From assembly GCF_018977255.1 (NCBI RefSeq), contig NW_024704742.1, positions 88,166,001 through 88,230,000 of the forward strand: DNA of 64,000 nucleotides. The letters are read 5' to 3'. The translations under genes and the position numbers were made by a program. Position 1 is the first letter of the stretch; every line of letters starts with the position of its first letter. The notes under the pieces are model-generated. The model was not told the origin of the DNA. It made no database searches and saw only the letters and a program-made list of their open reading frames with translations. Origin of the DNA: Callorhinchus milii (taxonomy: Eukaryota). Of this stretch, positions 51,071-64,000 are shown one piece after another.

Positions 51071-54000
51071 CAAGGAACATACGTCCTTTGCACCCGGCAA
51101 TGCATCGTTGTGCTTTAATGTGTGTTTTTACGGCTTTATTTACACTTTGACCTTTACTTGCAGGTGCATTCTACACGTTTTTCCTAATAAACATAAAATG
51201 GGTAGCATTTCATTACTGAACAGAAGCCTCTGCATCTTAAGAAACCATTGGGTTGAAATTCAACCTGGGTCTAGATTTACTCCATCAATATAGTATAATG
51301 CCACAGAATTTGGCAAATTATTAAATTCACTCTTAACTCCAAAGCCTGTTTTCTATCAGCTCTTGAAAGAAACCTACAGAAAATTGGCTTTCAAATCAGG
51401 GCTGCATTTTAACAATTTGCCAAATCCTGGATGCTCTGAAATGCTATTTTAATACAGTAGATGGAATTTCTACCCTGATGCCTGCAAACAGCAAATTGTC
51501 TGCATGAAAAGACAACCAATTTGTTGCCAAGAATAAAAAATCTGGTGAACATCAAAGGGGAGACATGGGGTGTCTTTAACAAACTAACAACTACAGCTGA
51601 GACAATAAATCACTGACAAAGATGGTTTCTTCAGTCGTATTAAACCTCCGAAGGAATCTAAACCAGAACGCACGGCCTTAAGGATTTCACATTTGATTAA
51701 ACATCCATAAAACGATTGCAAAAACCATTTTGTACTGCCAAATAATAGGTTCTTTTAGAGGTATTTAGAGGCATTTAAAATAATTCATGAATTACTTTTT
51801 GAGTTCCTGGCTTACTCACATTGGTGACTATAGTCACTATTAATAGTCTCACTTTCCCTATAAAATAGAAATCTTGGAGAACATTCAATCTACTTTTGAG
51901 TTTCTCCATTTAGCAGAATTTTCCTGGGGCATAAAATGCCGACCTACTGCTGCTAAAAGAACAGTCTGTAGTAGTTTGACACCACATGGTTGTGGTTTGA
52001 AGGATCTGCCAGATTGTTTTCCTCTGTTCCTTGACTATCGCAGGGGGGGAGGGGCGAAAGATGTATTTCTCATGTCTGTGAATCGTGCAGATTCAAGCAG
52101 CAGAAAATTTGGTCAAACAATAAGTTGTTTGAATTGCCCTTTAACCATTTTTTTTGTGCAGTCTGTAGCGCTGCCAACTATGTGACATGAACAGATTTCC
52201 AGCAAAATTAGAAGCAGATACATTGATTTCTGTATCAGATGTGCCCCCCACTCCCTCTCTCTCTTACACAAAGCTCTGTTATCCAACAGTTGTAATGTGA
52301 CAGCATGAGACCTGAGCACAGTGGAGTAACAATTCCTGAGGTAGAGCCAGAAAGCACCTGAAAGTATCCTTAAAAGTGCAAACTGGATCCAGCTACAGCT
52401 AGTAATTAGTTGCAAACCTTTCCAGGTTTCATTTTTTAAAATAATTTAGTCCTCATGGTGCTCCCATTTCTTGCTGCTTTCCGGGCTTCATGTTGCCTCT
52501 CCAGTTGGAAAGAGAGTGTGGACTGAGCCAATTGCTGTTTGGCCTCCTTCATGGTGTGTTTGTGTGTGTTTTGGGCAGGGTAGACTGGTTGAAATTGTAT
52601 TGCTGGGGCTGAATGGAGAGTTTGAACACTGGCTCTGACCTGACACTGGACAATGAACCTGAAATGGATAAAATGTAAAGTAAAGCAACCATGGATTCTG
52701 GAATATGTGAAATAGAAACTGAGAGAGCTGGAAACGCACAGCAGGTCAGTCAGCTTTTGAAAGAGTAGGGCAGCTCGCAAGGTTACAAAGAGAAGTTCGG
52801 ATGAACTCCTTTTGGTCTCATCTTTCCAGAAAACTTTGTGGATGTTTGGGGAACATTGTTAAATGCCAAATTGGCTGTCATGTTCACCTACAAAATACAC
52901 AGTCACTGCATTTTACAGTAAATCCTGCTAACCGCTTTGAGACATTCTCCCATTTTATAAACTTCTATCTTCTCTCAACTTGCTCTGTTTTAAGGAAAAG
53001 GGGTCTAGATCCTCAATCTTTCCTCAATAAGAAACAACCTCTCATCCTTGATGGATCTCCTAGAAAAAGCATATCAAATGCAAGATTTTTTTCTTATTCT
53101 TATACCCAATATAACCTTCTGTCATGACAGCATTAGTTTCTCATAGGGGGCAAGTGACTGGCCTCTACCACACATACTAGTAACCTATTCAAGTTGTTGT
53201 GAATGTTTTGGACATGATCGCTCATAGAAAGTGGAATAGTGAGCTGGGGGAAGGCCCTATAGACGCTAAAAGAGGACATGATAAAAATGCACAAGGAAAA
53301 AGTCAGAAAAGGGAATAATATAATCCTTACATTTAGTATTATGCCTTTCACGGGATTTACTAGAAAGTGAAGCGACTGTGTATTTTGTGGCAAATATGTA
53401 AGATAAAGGCAGCCTATGGGCTATTAAAAGTTGGAAGAAAAGAGGAAAGTATTCAATTTGGATTTATATATTTATATAGCGCTCTTCACACGGGGTAGCG
53501 TCTTGGAGAGCTTAACAATTGCGTAGTTTGATGCCGAGCGAGGGAGAAAGGGGAAGAGCCTGTAGGTACAGTCAAAAAGGAAAGTCTTCCGGTGTGATCT
53601 GAAGATGGCAAAGAATGGGTAGGGTGGACGGATTGAGGCAGGGAGTTCCAGAAGTTCAGTTTCCACAGTTCTGACATTCTCACTTTGAGAATTCACAATT
53701 TACCCCTTTTCTCATACAAAACAGAGAAATGTGTATATAATAATCCTTGTATTTCATATAGAGCCTTTCATGTAGTATATAAAGGTGTGAGGCATGCAAT
53801 TGTACATCACTTTGCACCCAGGTAGTTACCCAAGTTTAAAGTACAGCCACATATAGTAGAACCAACCTCTTCCTATCAGAACACCCAGATTTGATGGAAT
53901 TGAATGGCTTGTTTCTTTGCTTAACATTGAATGGGGGGAGTTTGCGATTCATGATATGCTAATTATCACATTTGGCAAACTCTTGCCCCCCCAACCCAAT

Positions 54001-54761
54001 TCCCCACCTACGCTCCCAAACAGGTTAGAAGGCAGTTCTACAATTGCGTAGTTCAATTCAGACAATCAACTACAAAATGATTGCTCCAATAGTTGTTATG
54101 ACATTATTAGTTTCCAGTAATCTTTACCCCGGTGACTGATCTGAATACCTTGTGTAGATAGGATTGAGGAGAAACAATCATGAGAAGTAAGCTTGATGTT
54201 GAATCACTTTGGCGATTTGCCTCAGACTGTGACACAGAACCAGACAACACGGGTTTAAAGCTATGAAGCCTCCAGCGAGACCAGAGATTATAGCTAATGT
54301 TTCTTTCCCACAGGGTTGCGGAATCCCAGATTCCCAGAAAAAGCTATTGCTGCTTTGTTGATTTAACTCCTTGAAGAGAAACCCGGAATGAATGTGCAAT
54401 TGGAATATGCAGTTGGTTACAATGTTGAGAGGATATTGGGTAAATTCAGACTGAGATGCAATCCTGAATGTAACTGCAATGGTGTGAAGTTTCACTGGGG
54501 AGTTTCATTAGAAATTTCCCCCAAATAAAATTGGTCACTCACTTCATGGCTGTTTGTGGAACATTGGCGTGTGCACCTACACTTTATAGTAGAATCCTAT
54601 GAAGTGCTTTGAGACGTCTCAATCACATGTCATCTGAGACTATGAGCTCAAAGTCCTGACGTGGAGCTTGAACCCACAAACTTCTGACTCAGAGAGGAGA
54701 GAGCTATCAATTGACTTTATGTTCTTAAGTAACATGATGCAGTTATCACCTCTTATTCTAT

Positions 54762-55079
54762 AATAATAATAATAATCCTTGCATTTGATATAGCGCTTTT
54801 CACGTCGGGGGGACGTCCCAAAGTGCTTCACAGAACACACTGTAAAGTGAATTGACTGTATATTTGTGGGCGAATGCGGCAGCCAATTGCGCACAGCAAT
54901 GTCCCACAAACAGTCGTAGACTGAAAACAACCAATTTATTATTGTTTTTTGTTTTGGAGGTATTATTATTAGGCGTGTGGAGTAAGGAAACTTGCCCAAG
55001 GTTTCGTCCTCTGCCTGGAATTGAACTCAGGTCTCTCACTTGCAAAGCGAGTGCTCTAACCACTGAGCTACAGGACTCC
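54762..55079 (-). mobile_element. tRNA-derived SINE, short/young subfamily
   Basis: Full-length, with A/B boxes, many retained CpGs and an (ATT)n tail. Confidence 0.92.
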
Positions 55080-55376
55080 GGGAGGATTCTACATGTGAAA
55101 AAAAATGAATGTAACTATGTTGGTGTGAAGTGTCTTTAAGGAAGGGAGGAGCGGGAGGGCTTATCATTGGAAACATTTACAAATACCGAATGCATGAAAC
55201 GGCAAGGTGTGAGAGAAGCCTGGAGAGGAAAACACCTCATTGCCCTCTTTTGCAAGTGGCAATAAGACTGTGAGAATATTGTGAATTTAATGCATTCTGA
55301 TATTCATAAACAGGGAAGTTACGAGGAGCTCATCGAACCTGGTGAATATTATAAATTATAAATTAGACTCCACTGT

Positions 55377-55608
55377 GGGATGGAAATTTCACCTGATGCT
55401 AGATTTACTGTGTTTATGGAGCTTTTCAGAATTTGGCAAATTCTTAAATACAACCTTAACTATAAAACCAATTTTCTTTGCAATTTTTTTAAAGAACCAC
55501 CAAGAACTGACTTCAGAATTGAGACTGAATTCGATAATTTGTCAAAATTGGAGACTCTAAAAGGCCTGGCAAATAAAGTGAATCTGGACCCAGATGGAAT
55601 TTCTCCCC
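55377..55608. mobile_element. MITE-like non-autonomous DNA element
   Basis: Ends gggatggaaatttcacctgatgctagatttac ... gtgaatctggacccagatggaatttctcccc are imperfect inverted repeats. Related copies at 11575-11994, 33589-33844, 42554-42918 and 51250-51475. Confidence 0.7.
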
Positions 55609-56794
55609 ATACGTTTGGTGATTACACTTTGGGGAAATGACAGTTAGTTTCCTTGTGGGTGTTTCGCTTTGCATGTATCCCATGATTAGTCCGGCAAGGA
55701 ATCATAGGATACATGCAAAGCATTCCCTGGATGAGATCATACCTATGGGAAAAGGTTGACACTCCAGACGGTGACATTTGTACATAAAGTGCAACTCAAA
55801 GAAAATCAGAATTTTTCAGTACAAATATTATGTTAAAAATAGATGTTGCAAATTATTAGGACATTATTATTGAAAACAACAGCAGCAACAAAATTACATT
55901 TGTATAGCCCCTTTCACGTCGCGAGGATGTCCCAAGGCACTGGACAATCAGTGTTTCAGAAAACAATTTGTTTTTTGGATTGAAGCTGGAAACCAACTAA
56001 GTCTATGATTTTCCCCTGTGTCTGGTTTATAATGGGGTGCGACTCCATAATAATAGTCTGAACAGGCAGCAAATCTGAAACTTTTTCACATTGCAGGGGG
56101 CCTTTGGCGAAGCTGACAAGCTTATATCAGGAAATGCAATAGGCTTCCAATTGTGGCTACCATTATATTATCTAAGGAGAAGAGGGATGAAAGGGAGATG
56201 GTAGGGGAAACTACATGCAAAGCACTCCCTGAATGAGATCATACCAATGGGGAAGGATTTACAGTGAACCCCACTGAACCTGGCATCACTTGACCTGGCG
56301 TCTAATGGATTAATGAAGGGAATATTTATGTCAGATTTTTAAATTGCTACAGTACATCAATAGAAACAGGCACATTGACCACTGCCAAAATATAGACCAA
56401 GTGGTGATACAAAAATGTTGTGGATATCAGGATTGACAGAATGTTTTCAGAATTTTCCACGTAAGCACGACAGGAATGTTTGTTTTTTGTGCTTTTCTTC
56501 AGTAAAAAAGTAGAACAACAACTTCCTCTATATAGCGCCCTTCACATGGAGTAATTGGTCATTGACTGAGGTATTTTTCTCTCTCTGTGGATTTGTGCAA
56601 CATTTATGTTCTTGGGTATGTTTTGCAGTGATGAAAAAATGTGTGGGTACAATGGTTTTATTGGTATTATTTACTTCATTTGCCTATATTTTTATATATC
56701 TGTCATTTTGAAAATGTCATCCCCTTATCAAGCAGACTTTCATACATATGTTAATTTTTATGTTGATATTTATAATAGTAATGAGGCTACATTA

Positions 56795-57185
56795 CCTGTC
56801 ATGTCGCAAAGCACTTCACAGGATTTATGGTGTAGTGTAATAAGTAGGTGAACATAGAAGTCAGTTTACACATAGCAATGTCCCACAAACAGTCATGGAA
56901 TGAGTGACCAATTATATCTGGGCGATTGTTGGCCAGTGCACCAGTAGAAACTCCCTTTTTTTTTCAAATAGTGCCATGGTACCTTTAACATCCACCTGAA
57001 CAGGCATGTGGGACCTTGGTTGAAAGCCTCATGCAAAGGATGGCACCTCTGACAAAAACTCCCCAGCAATATATTGGAATGCCAGCGTAAGCTGTGAATT
57101 CCATGTCCTCAACTTGTCCTGGTCTTGAATCCACAACCAACTGACTCAATGGCAAGAGTGCTACCAACTGAGCGTGGCTGACACC
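56795..57185 (-). mobile_element. DeuSINE-like element, near full-length
   Basis: Same motifs as 15900-16322. Further partial copies at ~2455-2673(+), 12250-12530(-), 24650-24835(+), 32810-33285(-, two), 37445-37757(+), 41260-41475(+), 48320-48575(-), 57690-57875(-) and 62574-62900(-). Confidence 0.75.
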
Positions 57186-59849
57186 TAAAGCCAGAGTGAT
57201 ACCTAGGCATGCAAGTTCTATTTATAATAATAATAATTCTTGCATTTGGTATAGTGCCTTATCACATTGTTGAGACATCTTAAAGTGCTTCACAGGATAT
57301 ATTGTAAAGTGGTGTGACTATGTATTTTGTGTGCCTGACATTAATATTCTTTCTGTATTTTTCCTGAATGGATATACCTGTAATGCTTTGTCTTTAAAAC
57401 GTCCCAATCCTATACTTTGGCTTCACATTTAATAAAGTTTTGTTGACCCCCACAGACCTGTGTGTGATCTGTCTTGGAAGTTTTGCTTGCCATTTGGAGT
57501 TACTATGCGAGAGACTGACACAGCCGGTAGGCATTTGGTGATATAAGACCCATTATTAGGAGATGTTCAAGTGCTTTGAGACATCTTTCTGATGTGAAAG
57601 GCGCTGTATAAATGTAAGCTGCATTTTTAGCATGAATTCTTAAAGGAACAGCACATGCCCAGAAGCTTATAAAATGATGGTTCCACCAGCAAAACGTCCA
57701 CCTGAGCAGGCAGACAGGTCTTGGTTTAACATCTCATGTGAATCGCAGCACCGCCGACAATGCAACACCTCCCATTGGAGTGTCAACAGACTATATGGCT
57801 TCCAAGTCCTGAAATGGGGCATGAACCAACAACCCTCTGACTCAGAGGTGAGAGTGCAACTGAACCAGGCTGACAAACAAAAACTAATAATAATCCTTGC
57901 ATTTGATACAATCCATATAACATCAAGAACATCGCAAAGTGCTTCACAAAAGTTGTGAATAGTGTAATGACTATGTATTTTAGGCAAACTAAAAGTGAAT
58001 AACCTGACTTGTTGACCCTGAGATACATCAGCAGAGGGTTCCTCCTGCCATCCCACTTTGGTGACTGAGCTTCACCCACTATTATCTGTGGAACCCTCTT
58101 CCAAAATCTGCTGGCCTCATCAGCTCTCTTCCTGCCTTTATAAACCCTCTTAAAAATATCTATTCAACCATACCCTTGGCCTAAATCCCGAAATCTCCCT
58201 TTCCCTGCTCTCCATTAAATCTGTCGAGATTTAACTAACACTCATTCTATGTCAAAGGACCTATAATAAGTGCAACTGCAAATTACAGGTATCCATTAGC
58301 ATCAATATTCTTTGATTGATGGACCAAATTCAACAGACAGGAACACAAGAGGGACATAAGCAGGAGTTAAATGGCAATAGTTTGACTGGGTCCTAAGTTA
58401 AGGATGCAAAATGCAGGACAAGCTGGAGAAACTGAGGTGGTTTTCTTTCTGCCTTCTTCTGTTCTCGTATTTTGCTGCCTCCTTAATGTCTTTCAAAGGC
58501 CATCTCAAGACCTTTCTAAGACCACGCCTTCAGTCATCGTTTCTGTCCCCACCCTGACTTGGCTCCCACCCTCAGCGCAGGTGCCAAGCCAGGACCGTTA
58601 AGCACTTTGGGAAGTCCTCCCGACGTGAAAGGCACCATATAAGTGTAAATTTATATTGTGTTGTATTTGTACTTCGTCCCAATCTCCTGATTCAAGATTT
58701 TGGTGCGCGTAGCAATTCAATGTTTTGATGAATTACATTAAAAAAAGCAATAAACTACACTTTGACTAAAGCAGCTGACATTCGGAGAGATTTCAACTGC
58801 TCTTCAATCAGTAGCAGGAAACTTTAATCTTTAAAGCTGACAGTTACACTAATGGCTTTAGTAGTGCAATGCCAACGGCTCCATAGCAACTGCTTTATAT
58901 CATTGTTCGGGGTGTAACGAACTGATAAGAAAGCAGAGAGGAGCAGTATTTTTTTCCTGGAACAATGGAAGACACTTCCCGAAATGTGGTACTCATGGAA
59001 ACTCACAGGAGCTTTGGTGTAAACACAACAAAATCTCGCCTTGTCACTTGCCCATTTAACTCTAGGCACTTGTTCTGGACTCTGTTCATCACTTCCGAAG
59101 GCGAATGCAAACTAATAAAGGACAAGAGAGAGAAAAAGAGAAGGGAGGGGGGCAAAATTCCCCCATCGTAAGCTCAAGGGGCTGTTATTTATTTTCAATG
59201 GGAATGGCAACACTTTTTGCTCCCTTTTAGTGGGAATGGGTTAAGGCGAGTTAGTCAGCATTGCGATTTTTGTTTGGAGAGAAAAAAATTACTTTGCCAG
59301 CGGGCCAAGAAAATGGCCACTTGGAATCAGATGCCACATCATTAGTAATGTGATCTGAGCTTACATAAAACATCCTTTTCCATGCCAGACATGAGTAGCT
59401 TTTCCAATGTGCCGAGCTGCAGCCTGAAATTTGTGTACAGTTGCTGACGGGTTTCTGCTCTTGGAACACTGGTACAGTATAACTAAGTGGTGTGTAGTTT
59501 TCAAAATACAGAGGAACCACATAAATGACATGAGGAAATGAGAGTCATTTCCATACTCTTTAGGTTACACAGGTTCAAGAACAGGATGTACATGCATGTA
59601 ATGATGTGTGATACAGAGAAGAAACCCACGATTCCTTTCTGAAACAGCCCATTCAAAGCGAACAAACAAATAGCCGTAGTTCCCAGTGGTTGTGACAGAA
59701 AGAGATTGCAGAAGCAACACTGAGCTTATTCACCTCTCGGGGTATGTGGAGAAAAGAAACTCCAGGGACAATGAATCAAACTGGCTTGGAAAAACGTATT
59801 CACTGACTTGCCTTAACCCGTTCCCACCCAAAGCTGGCAAAACAACTAA

Positions 59850-61700
59850 ATTCTCCAAATCAATCCCACTCCTCTGCTCTCTCCCCATAGCCCTGCAAAC
59901 TTGTCCTCTCCAAGTAATTATCTACTTCTCTCTTAAAAGTTGTTATTGAATCGGCTTCCACCACCCTTTCAGGTAATGCATTCCAGATTTCAACAACTCG
60001 CTGTGTGAAAAAATTTCTCTTCACCTTCCCTCTGTTTCTTTTAACAACTATGTTAAATCAGTGTCTTCAGGTTACCGACCCACCCGCCAGTGGAAATAGT
60101 TTCTCCTTGTTCACCCTATCGAATTCCCTCATCATTTTGAAAACTTCTACTAAGTCTCCTCTTAACCTTTTCTGCTCCATGGAGAATAATCCTGGCTTCT
60201 CTATCCTCTCCTGATAACTGAAGTCCCCCATTCCTGGTACCATCCTGGTAAATCTGCTTTGCACCCTCTCCAATGTCTTGACAATCTTCCTAAAGTGTGG
60301 TGCCCAGAACTGAACACAGTCTCCAGCTGAAGCCTAACCAGTGTTTTATAAAGGTTTATCATAACTTCCTGACTTTTGTATTCTATGCCGCTATTTATAA
60401 AGCCTAGTGTCCAATATGCTTTTTTAACAGCTTTATCTTCCTGTCCTGACACCTTCAAAGATTTACTTATATGATCCCCAGGTCTCTGTTCCTTCACTCC
60501 CTTTAAGATTATACCATCAGCTTATGTTCCTCTCCTCATTCTTCCTCCCAAAATGCATCACTTCACATTTCTCCACATTAAATTTCATCTGCCACGTGTC
60601 TGCCCACTTTACCAGTCTGTCTATGTCCCCTTGCAGTCTGCTACTATCCTCCTCACTGTTTACTACTTTTCCTAGCTTAGTATCATCTGCAAACTTGGAA
60701 ATTGTACTCCCTATACCCAAGTCCAGGACATTTATATAGATCAAAAACAGCAGTGGTCCCAATACCGACCCCTGGGGGATACCACTGCACACTTCCCTCC
60801 AGTCAGAAAAGCAACTGTTCACCAGAACTCTCTGCTTTCTGTCTCCCAGACAGTTCTGTAACCATGCTGCTACTGTCCCTTTAATACTGTGGGCTTCTAT
60901 TGAAGTTGCAGAAATGCCTGTCTACTCCTTTCATCATTGTGTCCCCAATGACAATTGCATTACCACTCTTCCCCATGTCCCCCTGTGCATTCATTTGCTT
61001 TTGACTCCACTCCCCAAAGGTGTCATCACCCTGATCAGTATTCAGTACAGAGAACCATTTTGTGAGTGCCATATTCTCAGGGGATTTCTGCATTGCCTGT
61101 CCCCTCTTCCTACCATGCCGGGTGGTCACCCACTCAATCTCCTTCTGAACCCTCTGTTCCTGAGGGGTGACCACCTCCTGAAAAGTTCAATCCAGGAACT
61201 CTTCAGCTTCCCGTATGCTATGAAGTGACACCAGCCCTGCCTCGAGCTCAGAAACCCTGAGCTCAAACTTGAGCAATAATAATAATAATCCTTGCATTTG
61301 ATATAGCGCTTTTCACGTCGGGAGGATGTCCCAAAGCGCTTCACAGAACACACTGTAAAATGAATTGACTGTATATTTGTGGGCGAACGCAGCAGCCAAT
61401 TGCGCACAGCAATGTCCCACAAACAGTCGTAGAATGAAAATGACCAATTTATTATTGTTTTTGGTTTTGGAGGGATTATTATTAGGCGTGTGGAGTAAGG
61501 AAACTTGCTCAAGGTTTCGCCCTCTGCCTGGAATTGAACTCAGGTCTCTCGCTTGCAAAGCGAGTGCTCTAACCACTGAGCTACAGGACTGGAGACACTT
61601 CCTACACACGTGTTTGTCCAGGGCACACAAAGCATCCTGGAGTTCCCACATGGCACACATTGTGCATGCAACCGGTCTCAGCTGCCCTGCCATATTCCCA
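59850..61700 (-). mobile_element. CR1 LINE with ORF1 start joined to ORF2 RT C-terminus (large internal deletion), interrupted by a SINE
   Basis: ORF1-like MAGQLRPVACTMCAMWE...VCRKCLQ (CxxC..CxxC), then VIGDTMMKGVDRHFC (start of the esterase domain). RT from ~60880: SGIPQGSVLGPLLFLIYIN...KFADDTKL...WQMKFNVEKC, then LRGDLVEVFK. Confidence 0.9.
61275..61590 (-). mobile_element. tRNA-derived SINE, short/young subfamily, inserted in CR1 ORF1
   Basis: Full-length. Splits the CR1 ORF1 reading after ...RKCLQ. Confidence 0.92.
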
Positions 61701-61875
61701 GACATGTTTTATATTATTTTAATATAACTATTATATATTTTATAATTATGCACCTCTTTCAACCCTCTGCACCAAATTCTCACTTTCACCAAATTCCTTA
61801 ACATAAGTATCACTCTGTTCCACCTTACTCAGTTCCCTCCTCACTGCTGGGCTCTCTGCTTAAATTTGACAGTCC

Positions 61876-62165
61876 AGGAGATGAGACCTGGGTTCAATTC
61901 CAGGCAGGGCGAAACCTTGGGCAAGTTTCCTTACTCCACACGCCTAATAATAATCCCTCCAAAAACCAAAAACAATAATAAATTGGTAATTTTCAATCTA
62001 CGACTGTTTGTGGGACATTGCTGTGCGCAATTGGCTGCCGCGTTCGCCCACAAAAAATATACAGTCAATTCACGTTACAGTGTGTTCTGTGAAGCGCTTT
62101 GGGACGTCCTCCTGACGTGAAAAGCGCTATATCAAATGCAAGGATTATTATTATTATTATTATTA
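61876..62165 (+). mobile_element. tRNA-derived SINE, short subfamily, 5'-truncated
   Basis: Starts near the B box (gggttcaattcc) and ends in (ATT)n. Confidence 0.9.
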
Positions 62166-63369
62166 TGTGGCTTAATTACTTCCAGACCAGGAGGAGCGAA
62201 AGTGCCATCATTGGAGCATAGGACCAGGAGGAGGTCATTCAGCTTATTGAGCCCATTCTGCTAGTTTATTAGATCATGATAGATAGTTTAATCCAATTGC
62301 CCTGCTTTGCATTTTTGATTAGCAAACACAAATCTGGATATTCGTGATGCATGGTGTGTGTTCAGGCATTGCAAACCCCATGCAAAACATCTGACCACAA
62401 CCTCGGTCATGGCTGTGTGGGCACGTGGATTTCTGTACCAACCCAGTTCTTTGTGTGCACTGCAAATAGCGTGTTGCCTTGCGCTTCTAAAGTTATCTTA
62501 TATTTTCAGGGGAAAGTTGTTTAAAACCAGCTGTAATGTGGGCAGAGAGATCTCACTAAATGGTCTATAAGGTTAATAATCCTTGCATTTGATATAGAAC
62601 CCTTCACATCAGAAGGATATCTCAAAGAGCTTCACAGTATATTATGTAAGGTGTAATGACTGTTTTGCAGGTGAATGCAGGAACCAAAATGCACCCACAT
62701 ATACCCATGAAGCGAATGATCAATCCCATTTGGGGAATGATTGGCCACGACACTGGGAGAAACTCATTTCTTTTTTCAAATAGAAACATAGGAACTTTAA
62801 CATCCACCTGGGCAGGGAGACAGGGCCTTAGTTTAACGTCACACAACACTCAGCATTGCAATGAAGTGCTAAACTAGCCTGGGAGCTCAAAGTCCTGTCA
62901 ACCTTGAGCGGTGATGCCTGCCTTGTGGACATGTTGATTGTGTAGGGCCCAATAAAATGCACTTCATTATCTGAGCCTGGTCCATAAAGACCTGGGACAA
63001 GTCTTGTTCTCAATAAACAATTAGACTGGACACTTAACTTGAGCTCTTTCTACTTGCACTGCAATCCCTCAGCTAGCAAAAGGCTGCATTTCATCAGTAC
63101 AGCACTTCGTAGTGATATAACACACATGTTTGTAACTTTTGCTTTGCTAAATAACGGAATACATTGGTATTATATACTATCAGCATAACAAATGCTGTGG
63201 CCAGCACCTTGGGGGCTAACATATGCTGTTCACTAGCATGACTTCGTTTTTAGACATCTGTGCTTATAATGGTAAATTATATATTAGTTTTCTGCTTAGC
63301 TGGCACTTAACACTGATTGATATCAGAATCCTATAGGCACCAAATTGAAAGGTACAGCACAGAAGCTTG

Positions 63370-63960
63370 CAAGTTTAAGCCCCATATCATGACCTAAGCA
63401 CACACTCTAAGCCAACCCTCCAGTGCAATACTGGGGGAGCACTTCATTGATGGAGGTGCCATCCTATTGGATAAGATGGTAAAACTGAGGACCAGTCAGA
63501 CTTTTAACATGGATGTTAAAGACCCTAAGACGCTTTTTGAAAAGAGAAAGTAGTCTCTCTTTCTCTCTTCCCATGTCCTGGCCGACATTCCCTGGATAAA
63601 ATTTGTTTCATGGCTGTTTGTGGGAAACTTGCTGTGTGCAAAAACAGAAGTCACTGGGAACACTCAGCAGGTACAAGCAGCATCTATGGAGAAAGGAAAG
63701 TGAGTCAACGTTTCGGGTCCACGACCCTTCGTCAGAACGTTGACTCACTTTCCTTTCTCCATAGATGCTGCTTCACCTGCTGAGTGTTCCCAGCAACTTC
63801 TGTTTTTGTTTCAGATTTCCAACAGCTGCAGTATTTTGTGATTTGCTGTGTGCAAACTGTCTCCTATGTTTGCCTATAAATACTTGTCAAAATTTACCTG
63901 TGAAACACTTTGTGACACGTTGACGTTGCAGACACTATATAAAAATCAAAGTATTATTAT
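63370..63960 (+). mobile_element. DeuSINE-like element interrupted by the palindromic PLE insertion
   Basis: ggatgttaaagaccc...gtcctggccgac...tggctgtttgtggg, then the insertion, then the SINE 3' part ending gtattattat. Confidence 0.75.
63643..63842. mobile_element. Palindromic Penelope-terminus-derived insertion with hammerhead core and 14-bp TSD
   Basis: Inverted arms ~63641-63712 and ~63736-63806. Centre on - strand reads CTGACGA-A-GGGTC-GTG-GACCC-GAAA-CGTT. Direct repeat ttgctgtgtgcaaa at 63629-63642 and 63843-63856. Confidence 0.85.
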
Positions 63961-64000
63961 TAATTGTTAATAACACTTATTTTTTAATTGACTCTTCTTA

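Noticed and set aside
52436..52660. Strong-looking minus-strand acceptor (ttttatccatttcag) with open frames, considered as the preceding GLIS3 exon
   Set aside because: None of the three frames resembles GLIS3 and I found no suitable phase-2 donor.
54640..55139. Recurring ORFs ending ...[10 protein letters not shown] or containing [12 protein letters not shown]
   Set aside because: These are incidental translations of SINE copies, not a protein family.
61520..61590. tRNA-like sequences with A and B boxes (also at other SINE heads)
   Set aside because: They continue into SINE bodies and lack a closing acceptor stem, so they are not tRNA genes.

Overview
Repeat-rich vertebrate genomic DNA, most likely from a cartilaginous fish (inferred from the DeuSINE/tRNA-SINE, L2, CR1 and Penelope repeat content). 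It is not prokaryotic. The only host gene I can support is the 3' end of GLIS3 on the minus strand: three coding exons (50476-50657, 38278-38460, 32504-32640) with canonical GT-AG sites and compatible phases, ending ...VDRCPSQMSSIYTEG*. A probable 3' UTR of about 5.3 kb runs to a poly(A) signal near 27200. Positions 1-27 kb look intergenic. The rest is decayed and often nested retroelements (L2, CR1, two SINE groups, Penelope-like) plus a MITE family. The most unusual signals are: (1) a TSD-flanked palindromic Penelope-derived mini-element with an intact hammerhead-ribozyme core (63629-63856), plus a decayed cognate at 4194-4230; (2) a composite tRNA SINE whose young subfamily carries the 3' stem-loop of the young L2; (3) an intronic 22-bp-stem hairpin at 55666-55721. 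Repeat boundaries were read by eye and are approximate. Family names come from recall, not database searches. I found no convincing novel protein-coding system.
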